Assembly (NCBI GenBank): GCA_020059485.1
Contig: JAGVCA010000019.1
Span: forward strand, 24,894 to 88,893
Length of the DNA stretch: 64,000 bases
Source of the DNA: Anaerolineales bacterium
GTDB lineage: Bacteria > Chloroflexota > Anaerolineae > Anaerolineales > UBA11579
Reading direction: 5' to 3'
Shown: positions 55,072 through 64,000 of the stretch, piece after piece
Numbering within the stretch: position 1 is the stretch's first letter
How the letters are laid out: every line of letters starts with the position of its first letter
Program-made: the position numbers and the translations under genes
The notes under the pieces: generated by a model
Told to the model about the DNA's origin: nothing
Seen by the model: the letters and a program-made list of their open reading frames with translations, nothing else
Databases searched by the model: none

Positions 55072-56352
55072 ATGAAAGTGTTCCGATCAATACAGACTTC
55101 ATTGAAAGAAATAGGCAGCTACGACCGTTCGATCAAACTGTTCCTGACGATCCCGCTGCTTTTCGGCATGTACTTCTCTATCAAGGCCTTGTTCTTCAAC
55201 TTTTACATCCTGGCCTTGGGGTTCGACAAAGGCTTTCTCGGCCTGGCCAACGGGATGACGCCGGCGGCCACACTGATCCTGGCCTTCCCCCTTGGCATCC
55301 TGACCGACCGGATCGGGCGCAAGCGCTCGGTCTTCCTCGGGATGGTTGTCCTGACGGTCAGTTTCATCGCCTTTCTATTCGTCCGCAGCGAAGTGCTGAT
55401 CCTGACCACCCTGCTGATCTCCGGGATTGGCGAGACGCTGTACTTCATCGCTGCCACCCCGCTGCTCACCCGTCTGTCGGACAGCAAAAACCGCGTGATG
55501 GTCTTCAGCCTGTGGGCCGCCCTGTTCACCTTTTCGGGCGTGGTTGGCAGTTTTGTCGGCGGGCAACTGCCGCTGTGGTTCCAGGCCGCCTTTGGCATCC
55601 TGCCGGAGACCTACGGCAGTTATCGCGGCATCCTGCTGAGCTGCGCCATTCTGCTGATCCTGACCCTGATCCCGGTCAGCCTGATCCCCAGCGGCAGCGG
55701 TGAAGCCCGGAAGGTTGCCGGTGTCGAGCGTGTCCGTGGTCAAGTTTTTCAAGATTTACAACATATTTTACGAAAAAAGGTCGTGTGGCAATTATTTTTA
55801 CCAAATCTGGCGATCGGACTCGGCGCAGCCCTGATGGTCCCTTACCTCAACCTGTTCCTGCGGGAGAGCTTCAATACCTCGGACCAGACCCTGGGTGTCC
55901 TCTTCAGTATCTCTGCCCTCGTCACCGGGCTCGGTACATTGTTCAGCCCCTGGCTGGCCCGCCGCCTCGGATCCCGGATCACCGCCCTGGTCGTGGCCCA
56001 GGGCACCAGCCTGGCCTTCCTCCTGATGCTCGGATTTTCGCCCTGGCTGTGCCTGGCAGTCATCGGATTCTGGGGCCGCAATGCGCTGATGAACATGGCC
56101 CAGCCGCTGTACAACACCTTCTCGATGGAACAGGTGGCCGAGACTGAACAAGGCACCCTCAACAGCATGCTCACCCTCAGCTGGAACATCGGCTGGGCGA
56201 TCATGCCGGTCGTCTCCGGACTAGTCCAGGAAACCTATGGTTTCTCCCCGATCTTCATCACCACCGGAGTGCTGTACGCCATCTCAACGATCATGATCTG
56301 GACTTTCTTCAAGGACAGCGAGCAGACCAGCGCCCAGTTGGCGACGGCCTGA
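55072..56352 (+). CDS. MFS transporter
   Basis: The ATG at 55072. About 12 TM segments. Motif A GILTDRIGRKRS. Confidence 0.85.
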   Translation: MKVFRSIQTSLKEIGSYDRSIKLFLTIPLLFGMYFSIKALFFNFYILALGFDKGFLGLANGMTPAATLILAFPLGILTDRIGRKRSVFLGMVVLTVSFIAFLFVRSEVLILTTLLISGIGETLYFIAATPLLTRLSDSKNRVMVFSLWAALFTFSGVVGSFVGGQLPLWFQAAFGILPETYGSYRGILLSCAILLILTLIPVSLIPSGSGEARKVAGVERVRGQVFQDLQHILRKKVVWQLFLPNLAIGLGAALMVPYLNLFLRESFNTSDQTLGVLFSISALVTGLGTLFSPWLARRLGSRITALVVAQGTSLAFLLMLGFSPWLCLAVIGFWGRNALMNMAQPLYNTFSMEQVAETEQGTLNSMLTLSWNIGWAIMPVVSGLVQETYGFSPIFITTGVLYAISTIMIWTFFKDSEQTSAQLATA

Positions 56353-56362
56353 GGGAGCACGC

Positions 56363-57301
56363 ATGAAAACCGAAATCCGCACGATCTTGCGCGATATCCA
56401 GGCAGCCGCCCGTATCGGTCACACCGAATCGATCTGGGCCGCCCTGGAAGGGCTTAGCAGCCTGCCCCAGGTTGCCGGCAACCACCCGATGAATGAGAAC
56501 TTTTTACGGCAGGTGATCCTGCCAGTCGGACGGGCCGTAGCCGGCGCGCGCCAGAAATCCGCGCTCTCTCCTCTTACCACCCATGGCAGCGCTGCCATCC
56601 GGGCAGTGGCAGCCGCAGCCCTCACCGAGCAATACCTGAACAGGACCAATGGTGCTACCCTGCGCGACCTTAATTCGCTCGCCCAGGACCCGCGCAAGGA
56701 TGTGCGCACCGCCATCCTGCTGACGATCTCGGAAGCCAGCCTGCCACCAGACCCCGCCATCCAGGACCGCATCAACGCACTCTACACCGGCTGGCAGGAT
56801 TCCTCTTCCCCTCGTGTTCAGTCATTGGCCTATCAGATGCTGCCCAGCCTGCCCCCGGAAGAGATGCTGGCCAGATTGAGCGAGATTTCGCCTTCTCAGG
56901 TCAACCTGAATTCAGAGGTCACAAAAGCCCTGGCATCTATCCTGAGCCTGCTGGCAGCCAGGGATCACACCCAGGCGGTACTCAACCTCCTCCAGTCCTG
57001 GGCAGCAGATCCGAAGCCGGAAATCGGCCTGATCTGCCGCACACTCTCATCACCCTGGGCTGTCCGTCACGCCGCGGCCGTACTGCAGGTCCTGGAGACG
57101 ATCGCAGCCGTAGCCGGATCAAAGAAAAGATTGCGCAAAGCGCTGCTCAACCTGTACCAATCGGGCGCGGAACGTGAAGTCACCGAAACCCTCGCTGCCT
57201 GGCGTAGTTCGGACGATCCCAACCTGCGCTCTGCGGGCGAGGACGCGCACCAACTGATTCTAACTAAGGAAAATAGCCATGACACCAACCAGGATCAATG
57301 A
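56363..57301 (+). CDS. Hypothetical alpha-helical (HEAT/ARM-like) repeat protein
   Basis: 312 aa, Ala/Leu-rich and helical-looking, with no catalytic motif. SD GAGGGAG. Confidence 0.55.
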   Translation: MKTEIRTILRDIQAAARIGHTESIWAALEGLSSLPQVAGNHPMNENFLRQVILPVGRAVAGARQKSALSPLTTHGSAAIRAVAAAALTEQYLNRTNGATLRDLNSLAQDPRKDVRTAILLTISEASLPPDPAIQDRINALYTGWQDSSSPRVQSLAYQMLPSLPPEEMLARLSEISPSQVNLNSEVTKALASILSLLAARDHTQAVLNLLQSWAADPKPEIGLICRTLSSPWAVRHAAAVLQVLETIAAVAGSKKRLRKALLNLYQSGAEREVTETLAAWRSSDDPNLRSAGEDAHQLILTKENSHDTNQDQ

Positions 57302-58625
57302 AACACTTGCTGATGGGCTCATGCTGCGGACTGCCACCAGGGACGATACGGAAGCCCTGGCGAAGTTCAACGGCACCATCCATGCCGACGAAGGCGAAGA
57401 TTTTGTCGAGCACATCTCCCATTGGACGCGCGACCTGCTGAATGGGGAACATCCCACCTGCGGGCCGGACGACGTACTGCTGGTGGAGGACCCGGCCGCT
57501 GGCAAGGTAGTCTCCACGATGTGCTATATCGGCCAAACCTGGGCCTATGATTGGATCGAGTTCTCAGTCGGTCGCCCCGAACTGGTCGGCACGCTGGAAG
57601 AATACCGGCGGCGCGGCCTGGTGCGGCGCATGTTTGGGATCGTTCATCAGTGGGGTGAGGAACGCGGCCACAGGCTGCAGTTCATCACCGGGATCCCATG
57701 GTATTACCGCCAATTCGGCTACGAAATGGCCGTCAACCTCGATGGCCGGCGGCAGGGATATCTGCCCAACATCCCGGAACTCAAGGAGAAAGAAGAAGAG
57801 CCGTACCGTTTCCGGCCGGTAACCGCCGCAGACATCCCCTTCATCGACCGGGTGTATCAAGCCAGCACGCGCCGCAGCCTGCTCTCCTGCGCCCGCACCC
57901 GGGAAATTTGGGAATACGACCTGAACGTGCGCAATCCCCGGTCCAGCTACAGCCTGGATCGTTATCTGATCGAAACGCCGGAAGGTGATCCTGTCGGCTA
58001 CATTTTCACCGTTCCGATCCTGTACGACAACAGGGTCTACATTAAATGGTTTGAAGTGGCTGAAGGCCACTCCTGGTTTGATGTCGCCCAATCTGTCCTG
58101 CGTAAGATCAAAATGATCGGGGAGGGCTACGCGGCGCGTGACACCACCGAAGAGAAACCGCAGGAAATGAAAGGATTCTCCTTCGACCTAAGCGGTGACC
58201 ACCCGGTCTATCAGGTCATCCCCAACCGGATTCCGCGCAAGATCGATCCATACGCCTACTTCATCCGGGTGGCTGACCTGCCCGGCTTTCTGATGCATAT
58301 CGCGCCAGTACTGGAGGATCGGCTGGCCGCTTCCTATATGTGCGGCCATACCGGGGAACTGAAACTGGACTTCTACCGGGATGGGGTCACGCTGGCCTTC
58401 GAGAAGGGTAAACTCAAGTCTGCCGAACCCTGGCCGCAGCCGGACCGGGAGCAGGCCTCGGCTCACTTCCCGAACCTGACCTTCATCCAGCTGCTGTTTG
58501 GCTACCGGGATGTACAACAACTGGAAGATGCCTACGCCGACCTTTACTATCAGAAGGAAGAAGCAAAATACCTGCTGGCTGCGCTGTTTCCTTATAAGCC
58601 TTCCCACGTAATGGATTTTGGCTAA
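57279..58625 (+). CDS. GNAT N-acetyltransferase with a large C-terminal extension (Eis-like architecture)
   Basis: 448 aa. Acetyl-CoA motif EYRRRGLVRRMF. Overlaps the upstream gene by 23 nt. SD AAGGAAAA. Confidence 0.75.
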   Translation: MTPTRINETLADGLMLRTATRDDTEALAKFNGTIHADEGEDFVEHISHWTRDLLNGEHPTCGPDDVLLVEDPAAGKVVSTMCYIGQTWAYDWIEFSVGRPELVGTLEEYRRRGLVRRMFGIVHQWGEERGHRLQFITGIPWYYRQFGYEMAVNLDGRRQGYLPNIPELKEKEEEPYRFRPVTAADIPFIDRVYQASTRRSLLSCARTREIWEYDLNVRNPRSSYSLDRYLIETPEGDPVGYIFTVPILYDNRVYIKWFEVAEGHSWFDVAQSVLRKIKMIGEGYAARDTTEEKPQEMKGFSFDLSGDHPVYQVIPNRIPRKIDPYAYFIRVADLPGFLMHIAPVLEDRLAASYMCGHTGELKLDFYRDGVTLAFEKGKLKSAEPWPQPDREQASAHFPNLTFIQLLFGYRDVQQLEDAYADLYYQKEEAKYLLAALFPYKPSHVMDFG

Positions 58626-58665
58626 GTAACCGGCGGCTTTGCAGCCTCCAGTTGCGAGGAGGAGA

Positions 58666-59922
58666 ATGAAACCCGAAGGAATTAATCACAGACCACGCCT
58701 GTTCAGCCCGGTGATGGTGTGGTTCCTGATCACGATGATCCTGGCCAATACCGCCTCGCGCATGGTCTTCATCCTTCTGCCGCTCTACATGCGGGACGAA
58801 CTGGGCGCATCGATCAGCGAAGTTGGGCTGGTCTTCACCCTCGCCAATATCCTGCCGCTGTTGCTGCAGATCTTTGGCGGCTGGCTGTCCGATACCATCG
58901 GCCGCCTGCGGACGATCGCCATCGGTGCCGTCATCGCCACGTTTGGCTACATTGGCTTTGCGATTGCCCCCAGCTGGCACTGGATCATCCTGGCGCTGCT
59001 GCTGGAATACGTATCCGGCTCATTGGTCGGGCCTAGTTTTGGCGCGTTCATCGCCGACCAATCCACGGAAGACAACCGTACCCGGCTGTTCGGGATCGTC
59101 AGCAGCATTTATCATGTGGTGGGCATCATCGGCCCATTATTGGGCGGATATATTGCCTTCAACTACGGCTATCAACCCCTGTTAACGCTCGGAGCCATCG
59201 GATATGGGCTGGCGGCGGTCCTGCGTATCTGGATGGCAACCACACCACGCTTCCGCGGGAAACCGATCGCCGATAGCCACCAACTCCTGACCTTCGATGG
59301 ATTCCGCCGCTCGATCGGTATCATGGCCGGGATGGTGTTCGGTGGCGGGATCCTGACCTGGATCTTTCTCACCGACGGGGTCCGGGATATCAGCTTCAAC
59401 ATGATCAACCAGCTTGAACCGCTCTACCTGGCAGACATCGGCAGACTGAATGAGCAGCAAATCGGGAGCTTGTCCTCGATCTTCAATCTCGCTCTGGCGC
59501 TCCTGATGGCTCCGGCCGGCTGGCTGGCCTCCAGGATCGGAGAACGGTTATCGATCGCAGCCGGGTTCCTGGTGCAGTTCATCGGTCTTGTTGTCTTCCT
59601 GTTGTCCGCCCGGTTTACCGGGTTTGCCGCAGCCTGGTTCATCCTGGGATTGGGGTTTGCGCTCGTCGGCCCTTCGTATGACTCTTTGATCTCCAAAGCC
59701 GTCCCCGAAGCCAACCGCGGCCTGGCCTACGGGTTGTTCTGGACCAGCATCAGTCTGGTTGCCTTGCCCGCGCCTTACCTTGGCGCCTTGCTCTGGGACA
59801 GATTCTCTCCCAGAACACCTTTCATCATCACCACGATCATTGTCCTGGTCTCCATCCTCCCGGTGTGGACCAAATTCAAGGTCACAGGACCGGCCAAAGC
59901 GGAACCGCTGGCTGCCGGGTAG
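58666..59922 (+). CDS. MFS transporter (paralogue A)
   Basis: The ATG at 58666 follows GAGGAGGAGA. Motif GGWLSDTIGRLRT. About 12 TM segments. Confidence 0.85.
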   Translation: MKPEGINHRPRLFSPVMVWFLITMILANTASRMVFILLPLYMRDELGASISEVGLVFTLANILPLLLQIFGGWLSDTIGRLRTIAIGAVIATFGYIGFAIAPSWHWIILALLLEYVSGSLVGPSFGAFIADQSTEDNRTRLFGIVSSIYHVVGIIGPLLGGYIAFNYGYQPLLTLGAIGYGLAAVLRIWMATTPRFRGKPIADSHQLLTFDGFRRSIGIMAGMVFGGGILTWIFLTDGVRDISFNMINQLEPLYLADIGRLNEQQIGSLSSIFNLALALLMAPAGWLASRIGERLSIAAGFLVQFIGLVVFLLSARFTGFAAAWFILGLGFALVGPSYDSLISKAVPEANRGLAYGLFWTSISLVALPAPYLGALLWDRFSPRTPFIITTIIVLVSILPVWTKFKVTGPAKAEPLAAG

Positions 59923-59932
59923 AGAAGTAGCA

Positions 59933-61171
59933 ATGGAACCTAAAACGATCAATAAACAACCCCTGATCACCCCGGTGCTGGCCTGGTTCATGGTCGCCAT
60001 GGTGCTGGCCAACACCGCCGGCTCGATGCAGGGCATGCTCCTGCCGCTTTATATTGCCAACCTGGGCGCCAGCATCACACAGGTGGGCCTGGTCTTCACC
60101 CTGTCAAACATCGTCCCGCTGGTGCTGCAGGTCTTTGGCGGATGGTTCTCCGATAACTATGGCCGCCTGCGGGCGGTCGCGATCGGCAGCATCGGCGGTG
60201 TCCTCGGTCACCTGATCCTGCCCTACGCCACTCATTGGGGGTGGGTCCTCCTCGGCTTGAGCGTCGGCTCGATCGCCCGGTCGATGGTCGGGCCAAGCTT
60301 CAGCGCCTTTATCGCCGAGCAGAGCAGCGAAGAGAACCGCGGCCGGGTTTACGGCATTACCGATACGATGTTTATGATCATCCAGGTGGTCGGGCCGCCG
60401 CTGGGAGGGCTGTTGGTCAGCCGCTTCGATTTCCGGCTGATGCTGCTGGTCTCGGCATTTTTATATACCCTGGCCGCTCTCCTGCGGGTGCGGATGGCCC
60501 GCACTGCCGGCCGGCAGGAGAGAGAAACCAGCCAGGAACTCACCTGGCGATCCCTCAAGAGCAGTGTGACGATCATGTTCGGGATGCTGGTCTCGGGCGG
60601 CCTGATCACCTGGGTGTTCATCACCGATGGCGTGCGCGATACCGCCTTCCATATCTCGGAGACGCTCTTCCCGTTATATCTGGAAGGTGCTGGGGGCTTA
60701 TCTGCTTCTGAGATCGGCTGGTTGGGTTCTCTCTTTGGCCTGTCCATGATGGCCACCACCATCCCGGCCGGCTGGCTTTCGGACAAACTCGGCGAACGCG
60801 TATTGATCATCGCTGGTTTCATCATCGACGCCGGGGCAGTTTTCCTGTTCTCTTACTGGGCACATGACTTTATCAGTTTCGCCGCCGTTTGGTCAATGTT
60901 CGGACTGGGTGTCGGGCTGCAATCCCCGGCGTACAACTCACTGGTCTCCAAGGCGGTCCCCGAGAATATGCGCGGGATGGCCTTCGGTCTGTTCTGGACC
61001 AGCCTGGGGCTGATCTCGCTGCCAGCGCCTTATATCGGGGCCGCGTTGTGGGAGCGCTTCACGCCGCAGGTACCATTCACGATCACCGCAGTGATGGCGT
61101 TACTGGCCGTTATCCCGGTATTCCTCAAGTTCAAACTGCCGGAGAAAAAAGTGGAGGAGTCGTCTTCCTAA
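59933..61171 (+). CDS. MFS transporter (paralogue B)
   Basis: The ATG at 59933. The N-terminal 90 aa are clearly alignable with paralogue A (LPLYI..LGASI.QVGLVFTL.NI.PL.LQ.FGGW.SD). Confidence 0.85.
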   Translation: MEPKTINKQPLITPVLAWFMVAMVLANTAGSMQGMLLPLYIANLGASITQVGLVFTLSNIVPLVLQVFGGWFSDNYGRLRAVAIGSIGGVLGHLILPYATHWGWVLLGLSVGSIARSMVGPSFSAFIAEQSSEENRGRVYGITDTMFMIIQVVGPPLGGLLVSRFDFRLMLLVSAFLYTLAALLRVRMARTAGRQERETSQELTWRSLKSSVTIMFGMLVSGGLITWVFITDGVRDTAFHISETLFPLYLEGAGGLSASEIGWLGSLFGLSMMATTIPAGWLSDKLGERVLIIAGFIIDAGAVFLFSYWAHDFISFAAVWSMFGLGVGLQSPAYNSLVSKAVPENMRGMAFGLFWTSLGLISLPAPYIGAALWERFTPQVPFTITAVMALLAVIPVFLKFKLPEKKVEESSS

Positions 61172-61240
61172 GTGATCACTATCGGAGATCAAGCCCCCTG
61201 AGAAGCAAGATCAGAGGTTTATCCCCCCAGGAAAATCCGG

Positions 61241-61756
61241 CTAAGGTTTCTTCCCTCGCGCTGGCAGTTTCTCTGCTGCCAGGGACCGGAACACATTCAG
61301 TTGCTGGTCGGTAAAAGCCCTTTTGGGGATCAGGTCGTACGCGTTCCGGTTTGTCCGATTGCGCAGCAGGAAATAATCCTTACCCTCGACCAGTTCCATC
61401 ACATTTTCCCATTTGATAATATGCTCACCGGATTTATGTCTTGCCGCCAGATTGACATCATCGATGACCATCTTGATCGGAGAAATTAAATGTTCATGCC
61501 GGGCAGCATTTTGGCCCATCAGATACGGCCTCAAAATGAAGGTGCTGATCACCAAATAGGGAAGCAGAAGTACCGCCAGCACCGTGAATACGCTGTCAAA
61601 CCCAGAGGTCAGGATCGAAGACAGTCCAATCACTGCCAGCATGGCAGCAATCGCCAACGTGATCCGGGTGATCAGTTGCCGGGCATAAAACAGCCGCATA
61701 CTTCTCGCGTAGTCTTGTTTGCTCAGTTGATATTCGATCTTGATCGGTGAGTCCAT
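61241..61756 (-). CDS. YcxB-like membrane protein
   Basis: 171 aa. Two central TM helices flanked by small soluble parts, with the YcxB-type layout. Confidence 0.6.
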   Translation of the reverse strand: MDSPIKIEYQLSKQDYARSMRLFYARQLITRITLAIAAMLAVIGLSSILTSGFDSVFTVLAVLLLPYLVISTFILRPYLMGQNAARHEHLISPIKMVIDDVNLAARHKSGEHIIKWENVMELVEGKDYFLLRNRTNRNAYDLIPKRAFTDQQLNVFRSLAAEKLPARGKKP

Positions 61757-61834
61757 TTAGCCACCTGTCATTTCACTGGGAAGTGTCCTGGGGAATTATA
61801 TCCGAAATAGGCCACCCATGATACGATTACACGT

Positions 61835-62389
61835 ATGCCTGTCACCCTGGGCGTGATCGCCGATACCCACATCCCCGACCGGGCAAGAACCCTCCCTCTG
61901 GCCGTGCTGGACCTGTTCGCGCAGCGTCAGGTCAACGCCATCCTGCATGCCGGCGACCTGAGTACCAGCCGGGTACTGCGCCAGTTGTCCGAGATCGCCC
62001 CGGTGCACGCCATCCGCGGCAATACCGACCTGTTACTGACCGGCCGCCTGCCCTGGGTCATTCGGCTGGAATATGAGGGTGTTTCGATCGGTATGGCGCA
62101 CGGTCATGGCAGCTGGCTGCGCTACGTCCCCGATAAACTGCACTACTGGTTGCACGGCCCGAAGAAATTCAGCTATTACGAGCAAACCGCCCGCGGCCAG
62201 GCGATGGGATTGGATGTGCTGGTCTGCGGCCACACCCACGTCCCGGCCAATTACCGGGCGGACGGACAGCTGGTCTTCAACCCTGGTTCGCCCACCGTCC
62301 CCAACCGTTTCGTGCCTGGGCTGCCGCCCAGCGTCGGCTTGCTGCACATGCAGGATGGTAACGTCAGTGGGGAAATTGTGTTTATATAA
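61835..62389 (+). CDS. YfcE/MJ0936-family metallophosphoesterase
   Basis: 184 aa. GVIADTH, HAGD, GNTD, GHGS, CGHTH. Confidence 0.88.
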   Translation: MPVTLGVIADTHIPDRARTLPLAVLDLFAQRQVNAILHAGDLSTSRVLRQLSEIAPVHAIRGNTDLLLTGRLPWVIRLEYEGVSIGMAHGHGSWLRYVPDKLHYWLHGPKKFSYYEQTARGQAMGLDVLVCGHTHVPANYRADGQLVFNPGSPTVPNRFVPGLPPSVGLLHMQDGNVSGEIVFI

Positions 62390-62444
62390 TGAATGCTGGA
62401 TATTTCCGCTATAATTGATCAACACCCCACCAGAGGAGAATGAA

Positions 62445-63377
62445 ATGAACAAACCACGCATCAAACTGATCATGAATCCGAACGCCGATATGGGGAATGC
62501 CTGGCGCTATGCTGCCGATCTGAGGCATCTGTTCGAAAGCTCAGCCGATGCCGACTGGGCTGGTACGGTCTACCCGACACACGCGGAGAAACTGGCAAAA
62601 CAGGCCGCGGAAGAAGGCTATGATATTGTGGTAGCCATGGGAGGAGACGGCACTGTCCATGAGGTGATCAATGGTTTGATGCAGGTCCCGCCCGAGAAAA
62701 GGCCGGTGTTTGGCGTTATCCCGCTTGGCTCTGGCAACGACTTTTGTGCCAATGTCGGTAACAGCCGCGACCCGGATGAGGCGGCCCGGGCCATCATCGG
62801 TGGGCACACCCAGAAGGTCGACCTCGCCATCGTGGAAGATGAGACCGGGAGGCGCGAGTTTTGGAGCAACACGATAAATATCGGTTTCGGCGGCTCGGTC
62901 ACGATCTTTTTCCGCCAGATGCCGTACTTCCGCGGCTTTACCCGCTATCTGGCTTCAGTGCTCCGGGTGATCTTTTCCAATTACATCATCATGAAGACCC
63001 GTTTCAAGACCGAAGAGAAAGAATGGGAAGATGAAACCATCATGATCGCGGTCAACAATGGCCCGCGCGAAGGCGGCGGGTTCCATACCGGGCCGCACGC
63101 CATCATGGATGACGGCCTGCTCAACTTCACCATTGCCAAGAAGGTCTCCCGGCTGAAGATGCTGCTATTGCTGGTACCCTTCATGAACGGGACGCAGGAG
63201 AGCGACAAAGCGGTCTATATGGGCACCTTCAAAACCCTGGAGATCGATTCCGATAAGCCGCTTTACCTGCATGCGGATGGGGAAATGTTCGCCGGTTTTA
63301 ACCACGATGTGCACCACCTTAAGATCGAGGTGCTTCCCCAGGCGTTGGATGTGATCGTACCCGAAACCACCGACTGA
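62445..63377 (+). CDS. Diacylglycerol-kinase-family lipid kinase (YegS/DagK-like)
   Basis: VVAMGGDGTVHEVINGL and IPLGSGNDF. The ATG at 62445 follows GAGGAG. The ORF is open from 62415. Confidence 0.85.
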   Translation: MNKPRIKLIMNPNADMGNAWRYAADLRHLFESSADADWAGTVYPTHAEKLAKQAAEEGYDIVVAMGGDGTVHEVINGLMQVPPEKRPVFGVIPLGSGNDFCANVGNSRDPDEAARAIIGGHTQKVDLAIVEDETGRREFWSNTINIGFGGSVTIFFRQMPYFRGFTRYLASVLRVIFSNYIIMKTRFKTEEKEWEDETIMIAVNNGPREGGGFHTGPHAIMDDGLLNFTIAKKVSRLKMLLLLVPFMNGTQESDKAVYMGTFKTLEIDSDKPLYLHADGEMFAGFNHDVHHLKIEVLPQALDVIVPETTD

Positions 63378-63406
63378 ACCACGACCGCAAGCGGCCGGGA
63401 GGGAAG

Positions 63407-64000
63407 ATGCCCACGCTGCTTCACAGCCTGCAAAAACACGATCTCGGCCATCTGCAGATCATCGCAGATGGTTGGGATCTCGCCCTCTCCGCACCGGATG
63501 CCCGTCAGGCTCGCAAACGCCTGGCCGGGCACATGTCCGGCAGCCCTGCCCGGCTGCGTGAACTAATCGGGGACCTCGGGCCGGAGGAGCAGTCTGCCCT
63601 GGCAGCGCTGGCCGGCCATGGTGGGCAGCTGACCTGGCACAATTTCACCCAGAATCATGGCGAAGTGCGCCAGATGGGGGCTAACCGCCGCGACCGGGAA
63701 CAACCACATCTCCATCCGGTCTCGGCCGCCGAGCGCCTGTGGTACCTGGGTGTGATCGGCCGTGATTTCCTCAACTCGCCTGACGGGCTGGTCGAATTTG
63801 CTTACATCCCCGAGGACCTGCTCGCCATCCTGCCTGATTTTCTCACGGCTGCCCCCCCATCCACTCCTCTCAGCCGTCCGGCTGCCTCTACCGAGACCGT
63901 ATATTCCTACCCGATCACAGACCAGATCCTGAATCACTCTGCCACGCTGCTGGCTGCGTTACGGCTTGGGCATCCGGAATGGGCTGACCGGCAAATTGAC
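63407..64000 (+). CDS. Hypothetical protein, 5' part only (runs off the window)
   Basis: The frame is open from the ATG at 63407 (GGGAGGG upstream) to the window end, with coding-like composition. No family recognised. Confidence 0.5.
   Translation, partial: MPTLLHSLQKHDLGHLQIIADGWDLALSAPDARQARKRLAGHMSGSPARLRELIGDLGPEEQSALAALAGHGGQLTWHNFTQNHGEVRQMGANRRDREQPHLHPVSAAERLWYLGVIGRDFLNSPDGLVEFAYIPEDLLAILPDFLTAAPPSTPLSRPAASTETVYSYPITDQILNHSATLLAALRLGHPEWADRQID

Noticed and set aside
1-64000. A scan for CRISPR arrays, IS/transposase or integrase genes, prophage genes, toxin-antitoxin pairs and known defence operons.
   Set aside because: I saw no regularly spaced direct repeats, terminal inverted repeats, recombinase motifs or recognisable defence-gene signatures. 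The tRNA-Ala genes show no adjacent integrase or direct-repeat scar.

Overview
This is a gene-dense bacterial chromosomal segment with about 57 protein-coding genes. It is mostly high-GC: hand-sampled 60-nt lines range from about 42% to 77% GC. I recognised no rRNA, CRISPR array, transposase, integrase or phage gene. All protein calls come from motif recognition by eye on the supplied ORF translations, and no searches were run.

Content from left to right:
- A metal (Mn/Zn/Fe-type) ABC importer whose two permeases carry unusual DtxR-like C-terminal tails, one of them also with a Cys-rich loop.
- A P-loop kinase, ridA, an OmpR-type regulator and a histidine kinase, then PPK2.
- A low-GC methyltransferase and a FEN-type 5'-3' exonuclease.
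- leuS, preceded by a Leu(CUC) T-box leader that directly follows two tandem tRNA-Ala genes.
- Envelope and secreted proteins: an NBR1-like lipoprotein, a metzincin protease, PAP2, an esterase and M24 peptidases.
- An EF-G paralogue with degenerate G motifs.
- An operon encoding a sigma factor, an unknown protein and a TPR-CHAT protein.
- A Ser/Thr kinase with TPRs.
- A GbsR-type regulator operon with a near-consensus promoter and an operator palindrome.
- A 751-aa methylase-like Zn-ribbon protein.
- A secreted beta-helix protein joined through an LPATG motif to a C-terminal sortase domain.
- selA, glycerate kinase, an aldo-keto reductase and an FNT channel.
- A ~12-kb same-strand cluster: an ABC-2 exporter, three tandem two-domain GNATs, a HAD hydrolase, three MFS pumps and an Eis-like GNAT. 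It is preceded by a promoter, a 34-codon leader ORF and two tandem intrinsic terminators.

Gene content is reminiscent of Chloroflexota-type genomes, but that is only a guess.
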